64,000 nucleotides of DNA from Candidatus Eiseniibacteriota bacterium (GTDB taxonomy: Bacteria > Eisenbacteria > RBG-16-71-46 > SZUA-252). This document shows positions 44,701 through 54,569 of this stretch, piece by piece (the first letter of the stretch is position 1; every line of letters starts with the position of its first letter). Location: the NCBI GenBank assembly GCA_963703225.1, contig OY969801.1:1984001-2048000 (forward strand), written 5' to 3'. Both the position numbers and the translations under genes were made by a program. The notes under the pieces are model-generated. The model was not told where the DNA came from. It made no database searches and saw nothing but the letters and a program-made list of their open reading frames with translations.

Positions 44701-46322
44701 GCGCCCGTCGACCCGTTGATGGTGGCACCCGCAGGGGCACCCGCATCGAGCGAGAAGGTGAGAACCTGGCCAGCATTCGGATCCGTCGCCGTCACCGTGA
44801 AGGTGAGCGCCGTCAGCTCCGCAACCGTCCTGTTCCCAGGGCTCGTCACCACCGGCGGCAGGTTTGCAGCCGCGTTCACCGTGATCGTGATCGCCTCGGA
44901 GGCGCTCAAGCTCCCTGAGTCGGTCACTCGGACCGTAACCGGGAAGCTGCCCGTCGCGGGGGGCGTCCAGGTGAATACGCCCGTTGCGCCGACAATCGCC
45001 GCACCGGCAGGGGCGCCGGCATCGAGCGAGAACGTCAGTGCTTGCGCCGGAAGATCGGCGTCGGTCGCCGTCGCCGTGAAGGTGAGTAGCGTCGAAACCT
45101 GAACTGTCTTGTTCCCAATCGCGGCCAGAACCGGCGCCACGTTGACTTCGGTAACCGAAATCGTGATCGGGGCGGTCCCGGCAAGCACCGGGGTCCCGTT
45201 ATCCGTCGCGCGAATGGTCACGGGGAATGTCCCAGGGCCCTGCGCTTCGGTCGGGGTCCAGGCGAACGCACCCGTGCCAGCGCCAATCGTCGCGCCGGCC
45301 GGAGCACCCGCGTCCAAGGACCAGGTAATCGTGTTTGCCGGAAGGTCGGTATCCGTCGCCGTCACCGTAAACGTGAGTGGCGTCAACTCGGCTACCGTCT
45401 TGTTGCCCGGAGGCGTCACCACCGGCGCCACGTTCACCTCAGTGACGGTGACCGTGAATCCACGAGTGCTGCTAGCCGACGGCGTCCCGTTGTCCGTCCC
45501 GCGGATCGAGATCGGGAACACGCCAGGCCCCTGCGCCTCAGACGGAGTCCACGAGAAGGCCCCCGTCGGGCTGATCGCCGCACCGGTCGGAAATCCCGGC
45601 TCCAGCGAGAAGGATACCGTCTGGCCGGCGTCCGGATCGGTCGCCGTCGCCGTGAACGTCAAGGGAGTTAGCTCAGGGACGGTCCGAGGTCCCGGATCCG
45701 TCACCGTCGGCGGGTTGTTCACCGCACCCGCGGCCGCCGCGAGACCATCCACGTCGGTCCAGTCGGAACCGCCGCTGCCACCCGTTAGCTTGTAGGTGTT
45801 GTCGAAATCGTTGCCCGAGCAGTTGGTGCCGAAGGACGTGAAGTTACCGCTGAAGAAATCGTTGATGTCGATCCGCGGGGTTCCAGTGACTCCCGTGATC
45901 GTGAGCGTGAAGCACCGGTACGAAGCCGGGGGCTGGATGTCGACCTGCGCCCCGCCCTGCGCGTACAGGAAGTTAATACCGTCAGGATTGACATTGAGGA
46001 GAACATTGCCGAATTGAGGGATGCGGTTCGTCGGCGCCGCGTAGGTCACGGTGCCGTTCACCGCGTGCAGAACCGTGGCGTACGAAACGATGCTCAACGG
46101 CCCGTCGCCGGTGTCGCACGTGGCGGTCGAGCCGTCGCGATTCTGGTTCGTCTTCAGGTAGACGTCCACCGTCGTGGGCGTGCCGTTCGCGTTCAGGCGG
46201 TCACCAGTGTCAGCTACCCCGTTCGCGTTCGAATCGAGGTACATGTACTGGGCCGAAGCCACCTGCGCGAAACCGGCGACCGCCACGACCACAAACAATG
46301 TCGTGAGAAGCCGTCTCAACAT
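35767..46322 (-). CDS. Giant (~3,500 aa) secreted surface protein: ~28 cadherin/He_PIG-like repeats, divergent Ig units, PKD, unknown domain, FlgD-Ig tail; frameshifted
   Basis: GGAGG RBS plus MLRRLLTT...ASA signal peptide; ORFs 44112..46529, 41876..44455, 41710..41967, 39618..41663 and 35767..39648 join at single-base indels (~44424, 42029, 41833, 41810, 41732, 39655) visible by comparing repeat copies. Confidence 0.85.
37650..45720 (-). repeat. Coding tandem array of ~285-295 bp units
   Basis: Recurrent NVAPV...FTVTATD.D...FSWTP...TDNG.P units; 28 counted by eye. Confidence 0.9.
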
Positions 46323-46605
46323 GATGTTCAACCTCCGAATTCCCGAGTGAAGGAACCGACTGATCCGAGGCAGCAGTCCCCGGAGCGGGACCAGAACCCT
46401 TTCGCCACTCCCGGCCTGTCCGGGTCGTGGCCACCGCGGGCACGAGACTGAGCCCCGAGGGGCGCCGCGGTGGTGCTGCGAGACGACGAATTCTCCGTGA
46501 ATTGACTCCCCTTCGTGTACCACCTCCATTCCCTTTCGAGTTTTGTGGTTGGCATGATCCTTTCGTTGTCGAATGTCGAGCGTTTCACGGTTTGAGCCTC
46601 CGCCA

Positions 46606-48238
46606 TTACTTGACCATCATGAGCCGCGCCGAGGCCCGGCTCTTTCTAGTCTCCACCCGGGCGAAGTAGACGCCCGAGGGGAGATCGCGTCCGTCATCCG
46701 ACTTGCCGTTCCACCGCACGCGGAAGATCCCCGCCCCCAGCGCCTCGTTCACCAGCGTCGCGACCCGTTTCCCCTGCAGGTCGAAGATTCGAAGCGTCGC
46801 CGGTCCGGGCGTGGGCACCGAGAATTCGATCGTGGTGCTCGGATTGAACGGATTGGGGTAGATCCTCTGCACCGCGGCGCGGGCGCTGACCGGGACGGCG
46901 TCAACCGCTTCCACGCCGGTGAGCGTGTAGATGAAATAGAGGCCGATGTTGTCGAAATAGACCCCCTCCGTGACGGATCCCCAGCCGGGTCAACTCGCCG
47001 CTGTCCGAGATCGGCTTCTCATCGCGGATCCGGAAGCCGAGCCGGATATAGGGGGTGCCGGGCTGGAGCCCGGTGCGGGCCGTGAAGTAGGGGTCGAACT
47101 CGACGTAGCTCCCCTCGACGCACTGCGGGACCCCGCCGAAGAACACAATCGGATCGAAGGCGTTCCGCCACGGTGTCCAAGCGGTGCTATCCGTGCGACC
47201 CGAAATCCAGAGCGACCAGGAGACCCCGTTATTTAGAGGCAGGTTGATCCAATTGTCGAATTGGAGCCTGAGCCTGGAGTTGGTGGCCAGGTGGGCACCC
47301 GTGATGTCGATCTGCGGCGTGGTGACCATGGCGTCCGTGAAGTCGGGCACCGATCCGAAACCGAAGCCCGAGAACGGAACCCAGAGGTTCGTGCTCAGGA
47401 AGAAGCAGGTGGCGGGCGTGGAGGTGCTCGGCGAGTTTTCCACGTGCCAGAGCGTCCCGGGATCGGGCGAGCTGGCGACCCAATTCGTGGCGGCGCCCTC
47501 GTTATCGTCGAAGAATTTCACCACGCTCCCCGACGCGGTGACCTTGACGTCGTCGATCGACCAGCCCGTCCAAACATCGTTCGAGTCCTCGCGGGAGAAC
47601 GAAAGGTCCGACCCGAAGAGGAACATGAGCTGGATCGGCTGCGGCCGGGTGGTCCAGCTGTTCGGGATCGTCAGCGATGCGTTCACGCAGCTCGAGCCGA
47701 GATCACCGGAGTAGTTAGCGAGCGTGTCCCAAACGGAGGACGCGGTTCCATCGTGGATCATCACCCGGCCCCAGTCGTACCCCTCTTCCGACCGAAGGCG
47801 GTGCTTGAACGTGAGCACGTTGCCGGTCGAGCCGGCCAGGTTGATCGGCACGTTCGTCTTCAACGTCTGGACCCAGTTGTTCCCGTAACCTTCTCCATAC
47901 GTGAGGCCCGTCACGCCGCACCACCACGCCTGACCGACGCACGATTCCGTGCCGGAGACCCGGTGCCACGCGTTGGGCTGCCCCTGGCGGTAATCGACAA
48001 GCCCCCAGTCGGAGGTGCTCCCCTCGATGTCCGTGAAGTAGACCTGGTGCTTGATCGTGGTCTCGGAGACGGCGGGGGTCTGCTGCGGGCGCGGGCCGAT
48101 GGAAAACACGTCGTACATGTCCTTCGGCACCGACTTTCCCGCGAATGCGTTGGGGACGAAGCCAAGCGCGAGCACGCTCACGAGAACTACCAAAGGAGCG
48201 AAGCGGGACGGAGAGGACAAGGAATCAAAACGGAGCAC
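46606..48238 (-). CDS. Secreted MAM/InhA-like plus FlgD-Ig tail protein (paralog B); frameshift near 46970
   Basis: ORFs 46901..48238 and 46606..46914; long identical stretches with paralog A (QTPAVSETTIKHQ, CVGQAWWCGVTGLTYG). Confidence 0.8.
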
Positions 48239-48316
48239 CGGGGGAACCTCGCGTAGGTTGTCGGTTCTAAGGATGCTTGAGGTTTCTGGTGTTGCTCGCC
48301 TCGACCCCTAGGTAAC

Positions 48317-48370
48317 AAAAAAACGAGGCAAATGCACGCCGACCAATGCGGCCGACATGCTCCTGCCTCG
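48317..48370 (-). terminator. Intrinsic terminator inside the paralog B leader
   Basis: CGAGGCAGGAGCATGTCGGCCG-CAT-TGGTCGGCGTGCATTTGCCTCG followed by 7 T, about 80 nt before the start codon. Confidence 0.75.
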
Positions 48371-48510
48371 AGCAGTAACCACGAAACGGCTAAACGCGAA
48401 ACGGGGAGATTTCGCCATCGCCTCTTCTTGGTGCTGACCTGTGGGGGCTTTCGCCCCGCGCCTCTGTGGCTGATCTCGCTTCGCCGAAGGGGACTATGCG
48501 AAGTGAGACT

Positions 48511-48539
48511 ATTATAGCACTTTCAGTTGCGGGGGTCAA
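48511..48539 (-). promoter_or_regulatory. Near-consensus sigma-70 promoter
   Basis: TTGACC-N17-TATAAT with extended -10 TG. Confidence 0.8.
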
Positions 48540-48602
48540 TGGCCAAGGGGCCGAAGACCTTCGGATCCAAGCCTGGGACTCCCGACAAATTTCTAAGTTA
48601 AC

Positions 48603-50223
48603 TTACTTCAACAAGTTGACCGTCTTGGTCGCGTACGAGCCGCCCCCCTCAAGCCTCATGAAGTAGGTCCCAGAGGCGAGGGCTCGCCCGTGATCGTCCC
48701 TTCCGTCCCACTGGACTTCTCTCTGACCGGCCGCGAGATAGGAGTCCACCAGCGTCCGGACGAGCCGTCCGTGCACGTCGAATACCCGCAGGGAAGTCTG
48801 GGCATCCCGCTCCATCCGGAACACGATCTTGGTGGATGGATTGAATGGATTGGGATAGTTCCGCAGCAGCCGGGTAAGGGGAGGCGCGGCGACGGTCTCG
48901 ATGCCGGTGACTTGCCCGGTCCCAACCTTGTAGTAGACCTCGCGATTCTTCCCGGTCGACGCAGGGAGCCGGTGGTCGGTCCAGGCGACGAAGAGGTCGC
49001 CCACGCCATCGTGGACGATGGTCGGGAATTGTTGCATGGAGTTGGTGGTGTCGGAGGCCGCCGAGACAAGCGGGACATCTCCCTGCCAGGTGTTTCCCTT
49101 GCGCTCCTGGTAGTAGATGTCGGGATTGCCCGTGCCGTTTCTCTGATCGGTCCAGACGACGTAGAGGTTGCTCATCGGGTCCGAATCAATGACCGGCTCG
49201 CTCTGAGTGGCGGTGTTCACGGTGAGGCGAACGTCGGTCGCGCTCCAGCCGGTGGCTGGCAGGAACTCCTTATAGTAGATCTCGTTGTTTCCGTCCCGAT
49301 TGTCCCGCCAAACCAGGTGGGCTCGGCCCGATCGGCTCGTGGTGATCGAGGGCTGCGTGGCGGCGCCCGTGCTGAACACGAGCTGCTGCGTCCGCGGTCC
49401 ACCCGCTCCCTGGCACGAATCGCTTGGTCCAGATCTGCTGCGTTCCGCTTCGCGTGTCCACCCAGACGACGTGCACAATGCCGGTCCGTGTGGTGGCGAT
49501 CGACGGGCTGCCCGATACGGCCGGGTCGTTGGTCAGCTGCTGCGCCGCCCCCATGACTCGGGTGGTCGTGTTGTAGATGGCGTAGTACAGATCGGATGGC
49601 GCGCCTTCCGTCGGCGGTTTCTGCCAGACGATCCAGACGCGGGACGAATCGCCGCGTGCCAGCACCGGCGAGGTGGCGGCGCTCACGGAGTCATAGGGCG
49701 AGACCTGAAGCTCCGGCCCAAATCCGACGCCCGCCTGAGACTGGAAGGTCCGGAAGAAGATCGTGGAGGAGATCGGCGGTCCCGTGGGGGGTATCGAGAA
49801 CAGGCGAGCGTCCTGCCAGGTAATGTAGACCCGTCCGCTATCGCTCAGCGTCGTCGAATCGGTATCGCCCCATGGGAGGGTCGCCAGAGAGGGATACATC
49901 GATGGATTGTAGGAATTGGTGACCCGGGTGATCGACGGGGAGCCAAAGTTATAGACGAACCGACGGAAGTAGATCTCGAAATTGTTGTCGAGCCCCACCT
50001 TGTTCCGGTTGTCGAAGAAGGCAATGTAGAGGTTATTGCTGTCGTCGACGACCGCCGATCGCTGCCCGTTCAGGGACGTGTACGTCTCGTTGACGTCCCC
50101 TCCGGAGATGTTGAAGTCGGGACTCCACGTTGGTGCGGCGTCGGCTGTCGCGACGCCCACGAACAGGGCCAACGCGATCAAGAGGGGGGATAGCCGGCGC
50201 CCCTTCACCAGGGCGAAGCGCAT
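48603..50223 (-). CDS. Secreted beta-propeller-like (BNR-like repeat) protein with FlgD-Ig tail; frameshift near 49390
   Basis: Repeats of P-x-I...hVVW.D.R.G..EIYY; tail NYPNPFNP...ASGTYF; ORFs 49270..50394 and 48603..49478. Confidence 0.75.
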
Positions 50224-50411
50224 GAAAAACCTCCCAGGGTGTACTTCGAAAGGGTCGAAGCGATGCGCGGCATGATTCAACGAGCTCGTGGTTCCGGCCC
50301 GGCCCGGCGGAAGGATGGAATTCAAGCTCCCTCGATGCGATGCCAAGGATGTCGAAGCTGTGAGCACAAATACTGGCGGGCGGAATTCGCCCAAGACGTA
50401 GCCTCGCCCAT

Positions 50412-50440
50412 ATTATACCTCTTCAGGCGACGGCTGGCAA
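50412..50440 (-). promoter_or_regulatory. Sigma-70 promoter
   Basis: TTGCCA-N17-TATAAT. Confidence 0.7.
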
Positions 50441-50464
50441 GCCCACTCTGGAGCGCGATCTAGG

Positions 50465-50543
50465 GGCTTTTCGGAGGCCCCCGAAAAGCCGTGAAGCCCG
50501 GCCGCCGCCGCGGGGTCGGCCCGCTGCGGACGGCCAGGGCTTC
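50465..50543. terminator. Two adjacent hairpins downstream of the 50597 gene
   Basis: GGCTTTTCGG...CCGAAAAGCC and GAAGCCC...GGGCTTC. Confidence 0.5.
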
Positions 50544-50596
50544 AGTGCTTCAAACTTGCTTTAGAAGGCTCTGAACTCCGCCTTCTTCAAATCTCC

Positions 50597-52279
50597 TTAC
50601 TTCGTCAACGCCAGCTTCAGGACCGAGGACTCTTCCCCACCGGCCGTCTTCTGGCTCGTCTTCACGAAATAGATGCCCGACGGCACATGGCGGCCCTGGT
50701 CATCCGTTCCGTTCCAGCGAACGGCGTAGGTGCCCGCGTTCGTGTACTCGCCCTGCTTCAGGGTGCGGACGAGCCGACCGGAAACACCATAGATCCGCAT
50801 GCTCACGGCGCCGTTGTTCTTCACCGAGTACGAGATCGACGTCTCCGGATTGAACGGGTTCGGATACGCCAACGACGCGACCGGGAAGTGCAGGCCCCAG
50901 GTCCGGATCGTCGCCGAGCGCACCGCGCGGAGCGGAACCGTCCCGCCCGACTCGATGAAGTTGCCCGTGATGATCAGGTTCGCGGTGGCCTTGTCCGGCG
51001 TCTTGCTGAAGAGCTTGAAGAGACACCAGTTGCTGAAATAGATGTCGAAGTCGGTGACGCCGTCGGCATCCATGTCACCGTACTTGATGAACCGAGTGTC
51101 CGCCGGGCAGGTCGACACCGCACCCGAGTTCGGATAGTCGGTGGAGAGTGCGAGCGACGCCACGTCGAGATCCGTGTACGGGAGCAGCACTTCCTCGATC
51201 CCAATCTTGGTCCAGAAGATGAGCCAACGAGTGTCGAGGGTCGAACCATTCTTGGGCAGGATGATCTGCGCGTCGATCTCGGTCTTGATCGTGACCGCGG
51301 CGACGTCTGACGAACAGAGCGGCGGCGTGCCGTTGTCGCAAACCGTCAAGCTCGCGAGGAAGCTGCCCTGAGTCTGATACGTGTGCTGCGGGTTCTTGGC
51401 TGTTCGACGTGCCGCCATCCCCAAAGTTCCAGGCGTAGGTCAACGTCTGGCCCGCGTCCGGATCGGAGGAAGCGTTCGCGTTGAACTGCACGGGGCGATT
51501 CGTCGCGCCGAGATACGTCCCGCCGGCATTCGCCACCGGCGGCTGGTTGGTCAGCGAAACCATGATGCTGATCGTCTCGTCGTCGGAGAGACGGGAATCT
51601 GACACGGAGAACGTGACCGAGTACGTTCCCGACCTCGGCTGCCAGTCGGCGTCCAGGAGAAAGCGCCCGTGCCCGTGTCGAACGTCGCGCCCGGCGGGAG
51701 CCCGGCGCCCATACTCAACGACAACACGTCATCCACGGTGTCGTCCAGATCGTTCGCCGTCACGGTGAACGTCAGCGGCGTGAACGCCGCCACCGTCTTA
51801 TTTCCGATCGGTGAAAGCACAGGAGCCGAATTGCCCTGCCCCGATAGCGGAACCACTTGCGTCCCGTTCGTCGCATTGCTCGTGATCGTCATGGTCGCGG
51901 GGTGCGAGGTACCGTCGAGTGGGTGGAAATCCACCGGCAGGTTGTAGTTCGTCCCCGGGCTCAAGCCGCCCGCCACGACCGCGAGGCTGTACGACGGGTC
52001 GCTGAAGGCAATGTTCAGGACGTTCAGGAAAGCATCTCCCGTGTTCGCGATATTGATGTTTACCGTCCCCGTCGTCCCCTTGTTCACGATTCCGAAGTTC
52101 AAGGTGGTCGGCGAGAGCGTGATGACCGGCCCGCTGACCGCGGTCGCATGAACGGCCGCACTCGAGGCGAGCATCTCCGTCAGGTCCTGCCCCTGGCCGG
52201 CGGCCACGGCAATCCCGGGCACGAGGGCAAAGGTCAGGAGCCCCAGGAGAACGACTTTTAGAGAAGCTCGGTTGCGCAT
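50597..52279 (-). CDS. Secreted protein: ASH/choice-of-anchor-D-like Ig, He_PIG-like unit, PKD, unknown domain, FlgD-Ig tail; frameshifts near 51635 and 51405
   Basis: GGAGG RBS; LNFG...I.NTG...L.V; NSAPVL...FSWTP; NQPPVANAGG...WNFGDG; YPNPFNP tail. Confidence 0.75.
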
Positions 52280-52428
52280 TGCTTGTCCTCCCTTATTCGA
52301 AACCCAAAGCCAGTGAAGCGATCCGATGTGATTCGAGCATTAGCCGAATACGATCGACGACCGGATGCTCACCTCCTCTCGCTCTCGATCCTTCGATTGG
52401 ATTTCTGCATCACGTCCCATTAAAAGGT

Positions 52429-54432
52429 TCACTGTACCGTTGTCTCGTGTTGGCCCGGAAGAGATCCACGCATCGCCGCGGCGCGGGCCGAGCCGGGGTC
52501 GCGTTCCAAAGCGGTGGAAATCAGACGGCTTGCTTCCGCCACGTCGCCGTCCTGGATCTTCAGCGTCGCCAGGTTGAGAAGTGGATCCACGAAATCGCGG
52601 CGCCCTTCCGTCGCCAAGCGAAACGCCTCGGTGGCCCCTGCCCGGTCGCCCGTGGCGAGGAGCGCGACGCCGAGGTCATTGCGAATCTCCGCGTAATAGG
52701 GGTTCTGCGACAGAGCCGCCCGAAGCTCTCGAAGCGCGGCCACGGCGCCGCTTGGGGCGAACTCCGTCGAATGGGCGAGATAGAGCCGGGCGAGCAAGTG
52801 GCGCGTCACCGGATCGCTCCCGTTGATCGCGATGGCGTGGCGATAGGCGCCTTCGGCCTCATGGAGCGCGAGAGCGCCGCGCCCCGCACGGGCCGCGGTC
52901 TCCGCCGCCTCGGCCCGACCGGCCCAGCAGCCCTCATCCCACGGCGCAAGCGCCGTGGCCGCCGCGTAGTCCGCCGCAGCGCGATCGATCGCGCCCGCCG
53001 CGAGCGCGGCCGCCCCGTGACGCGACTCGGCGGCCGCAGCGACGCTGGCCCCGCTCACGCCCAGGCCCAAAACGGCGGCCAAGAGGGCGACGCCAGCGAG
53101 CCGGCGCGTCATCGAGCCGGTCGCGACCCTTGGCCCCGGCGCGGCCGCGGCCAGAAGACCGAGGTTCGCGAAGAGGAGAGTGCCGTGCGGGACGAGCGAC
53201 AGGTTGTCCTCGAGCGCCGCGTGCGCGAGAAGAGCGGCCACGGAGGCGACGAGACCGGCGGCGATCAACCGAGTCTCCGCCGAGCCCGACCCCAGAGCCG
53301 CCAATCCAGCCCCCGCGCAAAGCGCCACGAGCGCCAGGAATGCGGCGAGACCCAGTGCGCCGCGCTCCGAGAGCGTCTCGAGGTAGTAGCTATGCGCTTG
53401 GTCAGCGGTGCGCCCGCCCTCCGCTTCGAGCCGCTTCAGCGTGTCGCTCTTGGAGCGATCGTAGGCTTCGCGGAACGCGCCGATTCCCCATCCGCTCACG
53501 GGGCGGGCCGCGAAGGCAGCGATGGCACCCGACCAGACCGCGCGCCGCATGGCCCTGCTTCCCTCCCGCTCGGGATCGATGGGCAGATTCCACGCCGGCG
53601 CGTCAGAGGGCTTGGGGGCAATGCGATGGAGAATGGAAGGCAGCAGCAACATCGCGGGCGTCACCAGGGCGGCGACCGAGAGCCCAATCAGGAGCGGGCG
53701 CGGCGCCAGCTCCGGCCATCGCAAGAGCAGCGCCGCGAGCATGACGATCCCGACGGCAAACCCGATCCAGGCGCCGCGGGAGTAGGTCGCGACGAGGCAG
53801 AGCGTGAGCCCGAATACGGAGACGAGTAGAGCGGAACGGAGCCAGCGGTCGTGGACCGCGAAGGAGAGTGCGAGGGCGACCGGAATGAGGGCGATCAAGT
53901 ATCCGCCCAGACGATTCGGTTGGCCAAACGGGCCGAGGGCACGACCCGGGTAGGCATTGCCCGCGGGCACGAGATCGGGACGGAAGTGCTGCGCGATCCC
54001 GAGCGCTGCCACGGGGACGGCCGCAAGAATTTCGAGCAGCGCGATGCCGCGGAGCATTCTGCTGCCCCGCAATGCGACCGCCGCAGTGAGGAAGAGCCCT
54101 GTGATGGCGAGTAAGTTGAGCATGGCTTCGAGACTCTTGCCCCGATGGACCGAGATCGTCGCCGAGAGGACGGATGTCGCCACGATGAGGAAACACCCCA
54201 CCGCCGCTCTAACCGCCCACCGGCCGGGTTTGAGCACGCCCCTCAATCCGCCGAGCGAAATAGCACCGAGCGCGGTCAGTCCGATCGCACGAAACGCGAA
54301 CACTGCCCACGGTGCTTCCGCACCGACAACCCACGGAGTGAAACTTAATGCCGCGATCAGGGTAATAGTTGCGAGTAGGGTGGAGTCTCCGCCGCCTGCA
54401 TGTGCCCTGGGCTCCCGGCCCGAAGCGGCCAT
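52429..54432 (-). CDS. O-antigen ligase/Wzy_C-family protein with TPR tail (possible O-oligosaccharyltransferase)
   Basis: GPFGQPNRLGG, TYSRGAW, GWGIGAF, AHSYYLE.L.E.G motifs, then TPR helices. Confidence 0.85.
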   Translation of the reverse strand: MAASGREPRAHAGGGDSTLLATITLIAALSFTPWVVGAEAPWAVFAFRAIGLTALGAISLGGLRGVLKPGRWAVRAAVGCFLIVATSVLSATISVHRGKSLEAMLNLLAITGLFLTAAVALRGSRMLRGIALLEILAAVPVAALGIAQHFRPDLVPAGNAYPGRALGPFGQPNRLGGYLIALIPVALALSFAVHDRWLRSALLVSVFGLTLCLVATYSRGAWIGFAVGIVMLAALLLRWPELAPRPLLIGLSVAALVTPAMLLLPSILHRIAPKPSDAPAWNLPIDPEREGSRAMRRAVWSGAIAAFAARPVSGWGIGAFREAYDRSKSDTLKRLEAEGGRTADQAHSYYLETLSERGALGLAAFLALVALCAGAGLAALGSGSAETRLIAAGLVASVAALLAHAALEDNLSLVPHGTLLFANLGLLAAAAPGPRVATGSMTRRLAGVALLAAVLGLGVSGASVAAAAESRHGAAALAAGAIDRAAADYAAATALAPWDEGCWAGRAEAAETAARAGRGALALHEAEGAYRHAIAINGSDPVTRHLLARLYLAHSTEFAPSGAVAALRELRAALSQNPYYAEIRNDLGVALLATGDRAGATEAFRLATEGRRDFVDPLLNLATLKIQDGDVAEASRLISTALERDPGSARAAAMRGSLPGQHETTVQ

Positions 54433-54497
54433 GTTTTCTCCTGTCGGAGGATCCCTACCCTTAAGTGCCCTCTGAGCGCGGATTTACCGCACGAACC

Positions 54498-54526
54498 AGT
54501 ATAGCAACAGTGCCCCTCCGAGTCAA
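54498..54526 (-). promoter_or_regulatory. Sigma-70 promoter for the Wzy_C gene
   Basis: TTGACT-N17-TATACT with extended TG. Confidence 0.7.
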
Positions 54527-54569
54527 CTAAAAAAGCTTTACACAGTTCCGATGGCTATATTCACGCCTT

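Noticed and set aside
37650..45720. Repeat array as CRISPR or non-coding satellite
   Set aside because: Units are about 290 bp, in frame, vary mainly at synonymous sites, have no repeat-spacer structure, and no cas genes are present
36520..45795. Long plus-strand ORFs (e.g. 38494..42087, 42852..44918)
   Set aside because: Antisense shadows of the repetitive GC-rich minus-strand gene
46550..46564. Sigma-54 promoter-like TGGCATGATCCTTTC
   Set aside because: Lacks the conserved -12 GC and points away from the giant gene
33796..48238. Paralog pair as a diversity-generating retroelement TR/VR
   Set aside because: No reverse transcriptase; differences are spread across the genes and are not visibly adenine-specific
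48455..48470. AGAGGCGC as the start of a lysine riboswitch
   Set aside because: The remaining lysine-riboswitch elements are not recognisable and the downstream gene is unrelated
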